Shown here: positions 1-8,524 of the stretch, piece by piece
Layout of the letters: every line of letters starts with the position of its first letter
Numbering within the stretch: position 1 is the first letter of the stretch
Source: Candidatus Altimarinota bacterium
GTDB lineage: Bacteria > Patescibacteriota > Gracilibacteria > 1-14-2-50-48-13
NCBI GenBank assembly: GCA_046314355.1
Contig: JBKBWQ010000001.1
Coordinates: 32,001 to 96,000, forward strand
DNA: 64,000 bases
Direction of reading: 5' to 3'
The notes under the pieces: generated by a model
The model's input: only the letters and a program-made list of their open reading frames with translations
Told to the model about the DNA's origin: nothing
Databases searched by the model: none
Translations under genes and position numbers: made by a program

Positions 1-32
1 TGAATAATAATGAAGGGAATAATATTAAACAC

Positions 33-1076
33 ATGCTTGAGATTTTTGTGAAGGATCCTGAAGAAGTGATGCCGGGAGTGTATCCGGAAGTATTACTTCA
101 TAAGCCAGAGAGTTTATACCGAAGTATTCAAGTACTTGGAAAAAGTTCTTTATTTAGTATGTCAGCCGATGAATTTGAAAGACAACGGGCAGCTGCCAAT
201 ACTCCTGCATTAAAGGAACGTTTATGTAAAAAGCTTATAAAAAGCGTCACAGATTTTGATGCTTTTTCAAATACTCTCTGTAATGATATGAACTATACGC
301 TTTATTCTAGATTATTTTCCAAGGATGCTAGCATAAAAGAAATGGATGCATTTAATATGGATTTAAAAGCAGAATTTGATAAGGAACGGGATTACAGAAT
401 GATGGCATGGAAAGATGATATTCAGTATTCTTACGGACTACAGTCTCTTGCGGATAACAATGATGTGGAAAATCTCGCTGAACCAAATAAATTCCAGCAG
501 GCAAATCTAGATACGCTTACCTATGATAAACTTGCTGAATATATTTTTCCTGCTTTGCTTGGGCACTTTTGTCCGGAAAAAGAGGTGCTGATCGGTACTG
601 ATTACTGTGATAGTAAAGGAAATGATATCTATGCCTGGGATAAAACAACACCCACAAAAGTAACTGCTTATGACCTTACCACCGCTTCAGGAGAATTTTT
701 GAATAAGAAAATTGAGAATAATCGTAAGTATGCTCATAAAAATAGAGAAGCTGCTGGAAATTTTCTTACTATCATGGAAGCAGCTGAAGGTCTTGATCCT
801 GACAAAATTCAGATTGAAAAAAAGATTACTACCCTTGATGGACCTCTATGGAAGGAATTTATGTGGGGAGTGTTACAGCTTGTCTTAAAGAACCAGTTTT
901 ATACGCCTGGAACAAATGTGCTTAATGAAGAAGCAGTGAATAATGCTTATAAAGCAGCAATGAAAGATGTAAAACAAATAAGCGGGGTACAAGTACCTCC
1001 GCTTAATCAATATTTAGATCAGACGCTCTCAGGATCTTTAAATCCTAGAGCTGAAAATCTGAGTTTTGCTTCTTGA
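33..1076 (+). CDS. Hypothetical protein (347 aa, possibly 5'-extended beyond the window)
   Basis: Long ORF with genome-like codon usage; no recognisable motif. Confidence 0.7.
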   Translation: MLEIFVKDPEEVMPGVYPEVLLHKPESLYRSIQVLGKSSLFSMSADEFERQRAAANTPALKERLCKKLIKSVTDFDAFSNTLCNDMNYTLYSRLFSKDASIKEMDAFNMDLKAEFDKERDYRMMAWKDDIQYSYGLQSLADNNDVENLAEPNKFQQANLDTLTYDKLAEYIFPALLGHFCPEKEVLIGTDYCDSKGNDIYAWDKTTPTKVTAYDLTTASGEFLNKKIENNRKYAHKNREAAGNFLTIMEAAEGLDPDKIQIEKKITTLDGPLWKEFMWGVLQLVLKNQFYTPGTNVLNEEAVNNAYKAAMKDVKQISGVQVPPLNQYLDQTLSGSLNPRAENLSFAS

Positions 1077-1297
1077 GGACTTAATGTCCTCTTTGTTTCA
1101 GACAACACGGTATCTCCGCCATGTCTTTCTCTTTTTGTAGAAGTTTGCACCTCTACTAATTTTCCATCTTTCCCTTTATAGAGTGAAAGAACTATCGTTC
1201 CAACTCTCTGTCCACGGAAAGCACTTCCTATACCGTCTACGTTGTCCTGCTCTGCGAGAGCTAGGTCATTGTCTACGATATATGTCTCCTGAGACAT
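1019..1297 (-). CDS. Small hypothetical protein (92 aa)
   Basis: ATG ORF preceded on the minus strand by AGGAG-like SD and a TTGACA...TAGAAT promoter-like pair; 3' end overlaps the convergent gene. Confidence 0.55.
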   Translation of the reverse strand: MSQETYIVDNDLALAEQDNVDGIGSAFRGQRVGTIVLSLYKGKDGKLVEVQTSTKRERHGGDTVLSETKRTLSPQEAKLRFSALGFKDPESV

Positions 1298-1483
1298 ATT
1301 TTTTCTCCTTATTACATTTATACGGCTGTATTCTAGCTAATTTTTAAATATTGTCAATTTAAATAAATATTGTTTATTGTTAATTTTTTCATGAAAAGTA
1401 TAGATTTTCCTCTTTATTCTTTCTCTAGACATTAAAACGCTCTTCAGACTATAATTCTATATCTTTAGGATTACACTGAATAT

Positions 1484-2710
1484 ATGGAACCACTAGCTTT
1501 CCGGATGCGTCCGAAATCTCTCGATGACGTAATTGGGCAGAAACATTTGCTCGTAAAGGGCAATCTTCTTTACGATGCGGTATCGCAGGATAGGCTTTTT
1601 TCGTTTCTACTTTGGGGACCTCCGGGTACTGGAAAGACATCGCTAGCTTCTGCCATTGCGCATCAGACAAAGAGTAAATTTGTCCGTGTGAATGCAGTAT
1701 CTTCAGGAGTAAAAGATCTTCGTGAGATCGTGAAAGAAGCGCAGATGGAGATGACGACGCTGTTTCAGAAAAGAACGATTTTATTTATAGACGAGATACA
1801 CCGTTTCAATAAATCCCAGCAGGATTTTCTGCTGCCTTTTGTAGAGCATGGAGTCCTTACTCTCATTGGAGCGACGACAGAGAATCCTTCCTTTGAGGTA
1901 AATGCTGCCTTACTCTCACGAATGAGAGTGTTTGTACTGAAGGATCTTACTGAAGAGGCTTTAGTAGGGATATTGAAAAAAGCTTTAGAAAAGGATAGTG
2001 AAGCTAAGAAATATGCAGAAAAAATAACTGATGAAGACTTGGCATTTATTGCCAAGATTAGTTTTGGAGATGCGCGTTCTGCTTTGAATACTCTTGAACA
2101 ATTATTCCCGTATGCGGAGGAACTATCAGAGAGTAATAAAACAGGTATTGAGAGAGAAGAAGTCCTTGCTGAACTTCTAAAATCAAAGGTGCTCCGCTAT
2201 GATAAAAACGGAGAAGAACATTACAATATTATTTCTGCGCTTCATAAGAGTATGCGCGATAGCGATATAGATGCTTCGATTTATTGGGTAGTACGAATGA
2301 TGGAAGCTGGCGAGGATCCGAAGTACATCGTGAGAAGAATGATACGCTTTGCAACAGAGGATATTGGATTAGCTGATCCTCAAGCGCTGGTGCAGGCTAT
2401 TGCTGTGAAAGAAAATATTACTTTTGTTGGTATGCCGGAATCAGGTACCGCGCTTGTACAGCTCGCTGCATATTTAGCGAAAGCTCCAAAAAGTAATGCT
2501 TGTTATACAGCATACAGTAAGGCGAAGGAGATTATTGAAAGAACAGGACCGTTAGGAGTTCCATTACATATTCGAAATGGTTCTACAAAGTTGATGAAAA
2601 ATCTTGGCTATGGAAAAGGATATAAGTATGCTCATGATTTTAAAGAGGCAAAAGTTGAACAGGAGCATTTTCCTGAGGAGTTGAAGGGGACGAGGTTGTG
2701 GGAAGAGTAG
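1484..2710 (+). CDS. rarA: Replication-associated recombination protein A (RarA/MgsA AAA+ ATPase)
   Basis: PLAFRMRP N-terminus, Walker A GPPGTGKT, IDEIHRFNKSQQD, GATTENPSF, ISALHKSMR, GYGKGYKYAHD. Confidence 0.95.
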   Translation: MEPLAFRMRPKSLDDVIGQKHLLVKGNLLYDAVSQDRLFSFLLWGPPGTGKTSLASAIAHQTKSKFVRVNAVSSGVKDLREIVKEAQMEMTTLFQKRTILFIDEIHRFNKSQQDFLLPFVEHGVLTLIGATTENPSFEVNAALLSRMRVFVLKDLTEEALVGILKKALEKDSEAKKYAEKITDEDLAFIAKISFGDARSALNTLEQLFPYAEELSESNKTGIEREEVLAELLKSKVLRYDKNGEEHYNIISALHKSMRDSDIDASIYWVVRMMEAGEDPKYIVRRMIRFATEDIGLADPQALVQAIAVKENITFVGMPESGTALVQLAAYLAKAPKSNACYTAYSKAKEIIERTGPLGVPLHIRNGSTKLMKNLGYGKGYKYAHDFKEAKVEQEHFPEELKGTRLWEE

Positions 2711-2742
2711 AGATTTTTCTTCACCTTGCCGGTGGGGCGTCA

Positions 2743-2993
2743 CTTTTGTGACCAAAAGGGAACCAAAAGTCTTGGGAAAGGAGAAAAGCGTCTGGCAGAG
2801 GGGGTGTTTTCTAAAAGTAATCAGACGCTTCTCCTCCCCCAAACCCCCTGGGAAGGTGTGGTCTACACGTGGCTCATGGGCTGCACGGCTCTTTGAGCGA
2901 TGTACCTGCGGTACATGTCATAGGCTCAAGGGGGGGGAGAGTCTATGAGCTATCCCCCTGAGAAGGGGGATACAGGGGGTTTGAGCCCGAGAA
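2743..2993. repeat. Structured intergenic repeat element, copy 1 (REPIN/MITE- or ncRNA-like)
   Basis: Shares ordered blocks with 10492-10768: CTTTTG..CCAAAAG, AGGAGAAAAGCGTCT...AGACGCTTCTCCT, TACATGTCA, CTATCCCCCTGAGAAGGGGGA, TTGAGCCCGAGAA. Confidence 0.85.
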
Positions 2994-3248
2994 CTCTCAT
3001 CGCTGCCCGCGTGATCCAGCGCACTATAGTATTGAAGTAACATATTCGATGTTAATTTTGATCCTTATTCTTCAGACTCTCAAATCAGAACTGCAGGTTC
3101 CGTACATATAAATTTCATGGATACTATTGCTCGAGTCTAAATTAGTTATTGAAAGTTATAAACCTAACAGTCTCTTTCATTCCTTCTCTTCACATTTTTC
3201 TCCCCTTCGTGTACTATATCTCTACGTTACCCTTTTCTTACCCGCTCT

Positions 3249-3974
3249 ATGAAACGCACTCAACTTCTCTCCGCACTTGGTATTCTCGCGATCGTACTTA
3301 TCGGTATTTTTACATCATGGAGCTTCTTCAAGGCTCAGGCAATGTGTAAGGAGAGCACCAATGAGGCATTATGTGTAAGTGATAAGGCAGTAGTAAATAA
3401 TGATGTGAAGATTTGTAATACGGCGAGTACTGACCTTGCAAAGGAAGGATGTGCTCTGAGAGCTGTACCTGCGCTGGCAAAGGATGAAGCTGTCTGTAAT
3501 AGTTTCACCTTTGAAAAGGGAAAGAATATTTGTCTTGAGTATGTAAAGAAAATTACTTTGGCAAAGAATAAGCAGACTCCGGCATCGTATCGATATTTTG
3601 ACTACGCCCAGAAGAAGGTAGTGGTTACTTTTGCTGATGGTTCTAAAAAGGAATTTGATACAAATATCGCAGATACTGATGATAAAAAAATCCAGGGACT
3701 TTCCTTTAGACAGAGTTTGAAAGATAATGAAGCTATGCTTTTTACCTATGAACAGCCTCGATTAGTGAGATATCATATGAAGGATATGCTCTTTTCTATA
3801 GATATTATCTATACGGATAAGGATGGAAAGGTACTGAATGCTTTCCGGTCACTTCCGTCATGTGTCGTATACACTGGCGAGTGTGCGGTCTATGGCAGCT
3901 CTAGCAGTGATGTAGTAAACGTACTTGAGATACTTCCGCAAGGAAAAGACGCGGTAAAGATAGAGATAAAATAA
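3249..3974 (+). CDS. Membrane-anchored DUF192-domain protein with Cys-rich N-terminal region
   Basis: N-terminal TM helix; C-terminal ADT...GLSFRQSL...MLF...MKDMLFSIDIIY...VLEI matches DUF192. Confidence 0.75.
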   Translation: MKRTQLLSALGILAIVLIGIFTSWSFFKAQAMCKESTNEALCVSDKAVVNNDVKICNTASTDLAKEGCALRAVPALAKDEAVCNSFTFEKGKNICLEYVKKITLAKNKQTPASYRYFDYAQKKVVVTFADGSKKEFDTNIADTDDKKIQGLSFRQSLKDNEAMLFTYEQPRLVRYHMKDMLFSIDIIYTDKDGKVLNAFRSLPSCVVYTGECAVYGSSSSDVVNVLEILPQGKDAVKIEIK

Positions 3975-3990
3975 TACAAATACTTTATTG

Positions 3991-4022
3991 ATAGAAAAAG
4001 ACCAGCAATGGTCTTTTTCTAT
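3991..4022. terminator. Intrinsic terminator
   Basis: ATAGAAAAAGACCA-GCAA-TGGTCTTTTTCTAT perfect hairpin after the stop at 3974. Confidence 0.8.
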
Positions 4023-4030
4023 ATTTTCTC

Positions 4031-4059
4031 TTGCCCTGAAAGTGCATCTCAAGTACCAT
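4031..4059 (+). promoter_or_regulatory. Sigma70-like promoter for the ileS leader
   Basis: TTGCCC-17 bp-TACCAT directly upstream of the T-box-like leader. Confidence 0.5.
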
Positions 4060-4074
4060 ACTAGTGTAATAAAA

Positions 4075-4349
4075 AGCGCCATACCGGCTATCACCCGGGA
4101 ATTCAAATTATTGATGCGCTGAAAGAAAAGCCATGAACCACTCGCACGCGCTCGGGTACATGGTAAGACCTTTCCGGAGTTTATGTCTCTCCGTGAACAA
4201 AAAAATTAAGTACAGCTCACTGGTGGTACCTCAGTGTACCATTCGCTATCGCTCAGGTACACTGCACGCATATAAGCTTGCTTGCAGTGTACCCGAACGA
4301 AGTGAGTGGTTCACTGCCAGAAGCAAAGATTTCAGATCTTTGTTTTTTT
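4075..4349 (+). ncRNA. T-box riboswitch (Ile, AUC specifier; ultra-short Stem I type)
   Basis: CCGG-CTATCAC-CCGG hairpin with ATC at 4090-4092; Stem II GAAAG/CTTTC with internal loop; Stem IIA CGGAG/CTCCG; CTGG-TGGTACC at 4220-4230 pairing with CCAG 4317-4320; terminator hairpin plus T-run 4321-4349; lies directly upstream of ileS. Confidence 0.7.
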
Positions 4350-4352
4350 ATT

Positions 4353-4429
4353 GTCATTCTGAACTTGATTCAGAATCTAAAAATTCTGACTATCAATGTT
4401 CTTAGATTCCGGGTCAAGCCCGGAATGAC
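4353..4429. repeat. GTCATT...AATGAC palindromic REP-like doublet
   Basis: GTCATTCTGAACTTGATTCAGAATCT (4353-4378) and inverted partner AGATTCCGGGTCAAGCCCGGAATGAC (4404-4429), each a hairpin. Confidence 0.7.
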
Positions 4430-4487
4430 ATGCAGCTAGCAGTCTCATCGCGTTGACGCGACTTACTTACTCAATTACTTGAGCCAT

Positions 4488-7400
4488 ATGTACAAACAAC
4501 CAAATCCTAAGCAAAATTTTCCGTCGCTTGAAGAGGAAATCATCAAATTCTGGGAAAAGGAAAATATTTTTCAAAAATCCGTAAGTCAGCGTGATGCTGC
4601 AAATGAATATACATTTTATGACGGACCTCCCTTTGCGACGGGACTTCCTCACTATGGTCACATATTGGCGAGTACGATCAAAGATATGGTACCTCGTTAT
4701 TGGACGATGCGCGGAAAAAGAGTAGAAAGAAGATGGGGATGGGACTGTCATGGTCTTCCTGTGGAGTATGAAAAGGAAAAGGAATTAGGTATCAGCTCTA
4801 AAAAAGGTATCGAAGAATTCGGTATAGGAAACTTCAATGAAGCCTGCAGATCTACGGTGCTCCGCTATGCTCATGATTGGAAAAAATATGTTTCTCGTCT
4901 CGGAAGATGGGTAGATATGGACAATGATTACCGTACAATGGAGCCATGGTTTATGGAATCACTTTGGTGGGTATTTAAGGAATTATCAAAGAAAGATCTT
5001 GTCTACGAAGGTGAGAAAGTACTTCCATATTGTATACGATGTGCTACGGTGCTTTCCAACTTTGAAGCAACTCAGGGGTATGTAGATCGTCAGGACTCTT
5101 CTGTAACTGTAAAATTCCGCGCACGAGGTTTCCAGTTTACTGATGATACACCTATCTATTTCCTCGCCTGGACAACTACTCCTTGGACATTACCAAGCAA
5201 CCTAGCTCTCGTAGTAGGTCCAGATGTTACATATTCTTTGATAAAGGATCATGCTTCAGAGGAACTCTATATTCTTGGTGAAGAAGCTCTTGCTAGATAT
5301 TACAAAGTAAAGGACGGAGAAGAAGTGCCGTATACTGTGCTGAACACTTATAAAGGAAGTGAGCTTGAGGGTATACGGTATGAGCCGATATTTGATTACT
5401 TTAAAGAAAAAGAAGCTGAGGGTGCCTTCAAAGTATTTACAGCAGATTATGTAACTACAACAGATGGTACTGGTATAGTTCATCAGGCGCCATATGGTGA
5501 AGATGATCACAGACTTTTGACTGAAAAAGGAATAGGGATCGTACATGCGGTAGATGATTCTGGTATTTTCAAAGATGAAGTGACTGACTATAAAGGTCAG
5601 ACTATTTTTGAATCTAACAAGAAGATCCTCTCAGATCTGAAGGAAAAGGGAAAAGTGATCAGAATAGATACTACTATGCATAGTTATCCTCATTGCTGGA
5701 GATGTGATTCTCCGCTTATGTATATGCCTATTTCTACGTGGTTTGTAAAAACTACGCAGATCAAAGAAGACCTTTTGAGTAATAATAAAAAGATTACCTG
5801 GGTACCTTCAAATATCAAAGAAGGTCGTTTTGGAAAATGGCTTGAAAATGTCCGTGACTGGGCTGTATCTCGAAACCGTTATTGGGGTACACCTCTTCCT
5901 GTATGGAAATGTACAGACTGCAAACATGTGAAAGTGCTTGGAAGTGTAGAGGAACTCTTTAAGTCTGCACCTGGAAAGATTACTAAGCTCACTCTTGTAC
6001 GTCACGGTGAAGGGACTCACAATACTGCTCATGTGTGGAGCAGCAGTCTTGATGATACGTATTCGCTTACTGAAAAAGGAAAAGCTTCAGTGAAAGAAAC
6101 GGCAAGAAAATATCTTAAGCAGGCAACAACTATGTATGTTTCACCTCTTCACCGCACTCAGGAAACTGCTCAAGTCATCGTAGAAAATATTGATACATCT
6201 CCGAGGGTAACGATAGATGAGCGTTTGAGAGAAATGAGCTTTGGAGTATGGGAAGATAAAGATACAAGAGATCAGGATATACAAAAGGATCTGCAGGAAT
6301 GGAAAAATCATAAGCAGGATGGTAGCAGTTGGGATATCCCGAGATGCAGCGGTGCAGAATCCTATGCTGATCTTGAAAAAAGAGTTACATCCTTTTTAGA
6401 AGAAATTCTTGAAAAGCATAAAGGTGAAAGTGTAACTATTGTCTCTCATGGAGCTGTACTGCGGGTACTTACAAAACTAGTGAAAAGTCTTACTTCCCGT
6501 GAAGGTTTGTTAAAACTCAAAACACAGCCAACTGCCTCTGCTCAGAATTTATATATAGACACAACTACTGGAAAAGAATTTGATCTTCATAAACATTTTG
6601 TAGATGATATAGAAATCCCCTGTGATATGTGCGGATCACCTGCAAAGAGAATCCCCGAGGTCTTTGACTGCTGGTTTGAATCAGGATCTATGCCGTATGC
6701 TCAGAATCATTTTCCGTTTGAAAAAATGGAATACACTAAGAATAATTTCCCTGCGGATTTTATTGCTGAAGGACAAGATCAGACAAGAGGATGGTTTTAT
6801 ACACTACATGTCCTTGCTACCGCACTCTCAGATGGTAAGTCAGGTCTTGGGATGAGTAACCCTGCGTTCCAGAATGTAATCGTAAATGGAATCGTGCTCG
6901 CTGAGGATGGAAAAAAGATGTCAAAACGTCTCAAGAACTATCCTGATCCGATGCATATTTTTGAAACATACGGAGCGGATGCTCTTCGTTTCTATATGAT
7001 GAACTCTCCTGTAGTACAGGCTCAGGATCTCAGATTTTCTGAAAAGGGTGTAGGTGAGGTGGTAAAGACAGTGCTTCTTCCTCTTTGGAATACATATTCT
7101 TTCTTTGTAACCTATGCATCTCTTGATTCATGGACAGCAGAGACGCATGTCCAAAAGGGTGATTTGCATAAGTTGGATAGATGGATACTCTCTGAGCTCA
7201 ATACTATGATCAAAAACTATAACGCGCGAATGGAAGCGTATGATCTGAAGGGAGCAACAGATCTCATAACTGATTTCCTTGATAACCTTACAAACTGGTA
7301 TATCCGAAGATCTCGAAGACGTTTCTGGAAAAGCGAAAATGACAATGACAAATACGGTGCATATGCGACTCTTCACCAAGTGATTATAAAAGTGTGTCAG

Positions 7401-8249
7401 ATACTTGCTCCTGTTACACCGTTTATCACAGAGGAAATCTATAAGAATCTTGTACCAAATGCGCTCTCAGTACATCTTTCTGATTTTCCTGAAGTAGATG
7501 AAAAGGCAATTGATGAAGATCTTAATAAAGAAATGCATCTTACACGTCAGATAGTACAGCTTGGTCACTCTATACGTGCACGTGAAAAGGTAAAAGTACG
7601 TCAGCCTCTTTCAAAACTTGAAGTGGGACTTCCTGAGCATACACATGCAGAGTTCTTTGCAGATCAGTTGGAAGTCATTAAAGAAGAACTAAATGTAAAA
7701 GAACTTCACTTCGTACAGGATCCAAGTGAACTTGGTAAGCTTGTCGCAAGACCAAACGCCCGAGTACTTGGACCTCGTTTCGGAAAGGCAGTACAAGATA
7801 TCATTCGTGAAGCAAAGGCTGGAAATTTTGAAAAGCTTTCCAATGGAAATATCCTTGTTCTTGGTAATGAAATTACTCCTGATGAAGTGGAGTTAGGTTA
7901 TGAAAGTAAAGAAGGACTTTCCACTGAGAGTGAAGGAGGAATGGTAGTGGCGCTTGATACTTCTATTACACCTGAACTGAAGCTTGAGGGATATGCGCGG
8001 GACCTGATCCGACTGGTGCAGGATATGAGAAAAGAAGCAGATCTTCAGGTGTCAGACCGTATAGAAATCCACGTGAATTTTCTCAATGATCCGGACTTAC
8101 TTGAAGCACTTGAAACATTCAAGGAATATATCTGTAGGGAAACCCTTGCAACTCAGCTTCATATTGCTCATGAAGGTAAAAATCTTCTTCATCAAAAAGA
8201 GGTTGAACTAGAGGAAATAACCTTTATGATACGTATATGTAAAGCATAA
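4488..8249 (+). CDS. ileS: Isoleucine--tRNA ligase, type 2, with inserted histidine-phosphatase domain
   Basis: FYDGPPFATGLPHYGH, GWDCHGLP, AWTTTPWTLPSN, SRNRYWGTP, DQTRGWF, KMSKR; internal RHGEG...LREMSFG...VSHG domain. Confidence 0.97.
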   Translation: MYKQPNPKQNFPSLEEEIIKFWEKENIFQKSVSQRDAANEYTFYDGPPFATGLPHYGHILASTIKDMVPRYWTMRGKRVERRWGWDCHGLPVEYEKEKELGISSKKGIEEFGIGNFNEACRSTVLRYAHDWKKYVSRLGRWVDMDNDYRTMEPWFMESLWWVFKELSKKDLVYEGEKVLPYCIRCATVLSNFEATQGYVDRQDSSVTVKFRARGFQFTDDTPIYFLAWTTTPWTLPSNLALVVGPDVTYSLIKDHASEELYILGEEALARYYKVKDGEEVPYTVLNTYKGSELEGIRYEPIFDYFKEKEAEGAFKVFTADYVTTTDGTGIVHQAPYGEDDHRLLTEKGIGIVHAVDDSGIFKDEVTDYKGQTIFESNKKILSDLKEKGKVIRIDTTMHSYPHCWRCDSPLMYMPISTWFVKTTQIKEDLLSNNKKITWVPSNIKEGRFGKWLENVRDWAVSRNRYWGTPLPVWKCTDCKHVKVLGSVEELFKSAPGKITKLTLVRHGEGTHNTAHVWSSSLDDTYSLTEKGKASVKETARKYLKQATTMYVSPLHRTQETAQVIVENIDTSPRVTIDERLREMSFGVWEDKDTRDQDIQKDLQEWKNHKQDGSSWDIPRCSGAESYADLEKRVTSFLEEILEKHKGESVTIVSHGAVLRVLTKLVKSLTSREGLLKLKTQPTASAQNLYIDTTTGKEFDLHKHFVDDIEIPCDMCGSPAKRIPEVFDCWFESGSMPYAQNHFPFEKMEYTKNNFPADFIAEGQDQTRGWFYTLHVLATALSDGKSGLGMSNPAFQNVIVNGIVLAEDGKKMSKRLKNYPDPMHIFETYGADALRFYMMNSPVVQAQDLRFSEKGVGEVVKTVLLPLWNTYSFFVTYASLDSWTAETHVQKGDLHKLDRWILSELNTMIKNYNARMEAYDLKGATDLITDFLDNLTNWYIRRSRRRFWKSENDNDKYGAYATLHQVIIKVCQILAPVTPFITEEIYKNLVPNALSVHLSDFPEVDEKAIDEDLNKEMHLTRQIVQLGHSIRAREKVKVRQPLSKLEVGLPEHTHAEFFADQLEVIKEELNVKELHFVQDPSELGKLVARPNARVLGPRFGKAVQDIIREAKAGNFEKLSNGNILVLGNEITPDEVELGYESKEGLSTESEGGMVVALDTSITPELKLEGYARDLIRLVQDMRKEADLQVSDRIEIHVNFLNDPDLLEALETFKEYICRETLATQLHIAHEGKNLLHQKEVELEEITFMIRICKA

Positions 8250-8257
8250 TTTCTTCC

Positions 8258-8497
8258 ATGATACAAGTAGGTCTCTTTATTATATGGGGTATAACACTTA
8301 TAAGCTGGCTGGTAATAAATATTCTTACCTACCGCCAGCTTATGACTGTCGTCGCTCTCCGCACTGAGACAAAATGGTGGTTTATTGCTCAAGTAGTATT
8401 TAGTCTTCTCTTTTTTATTATTGCATTTGCTTCGATTATTCTTATCGCACCATTACTGCAGACATCAGTACCAGTAAGGTCTGGTGAGTTTTTTTAA
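8258..8497 (+). CDS. Small two-TM membrane protein
   Basis: 79-aa ORF with two hydrophobic segments, tightly spaced between ileS and the next gene. Confidence 0.65.
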   Translation: MIQVGLFIIWGITLISWLVINILTYRQLMTVVALRTETKWWFIAQVVFSLLFFIIAFASIILIAPLLQTSVPVRSGEFF

Positions 8498-8524
8498 GAA
8501 ATCTTATTTTTTAATGCTACATCT

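Noticed and set aside
2748-2948. Short ORFs inside repeat or leader regions (2748-2948, 4133-4405, 10717-10923, 44538-44735)
   Set aside because: They lie in structured non-coding elements, and reading frames are not conserved between copies
5976-6575. Intein in IleRS
   Set aside because: No C/S...HN splice junctions or LAGLIDADG motifs; the insert has His-phosphatase motifs
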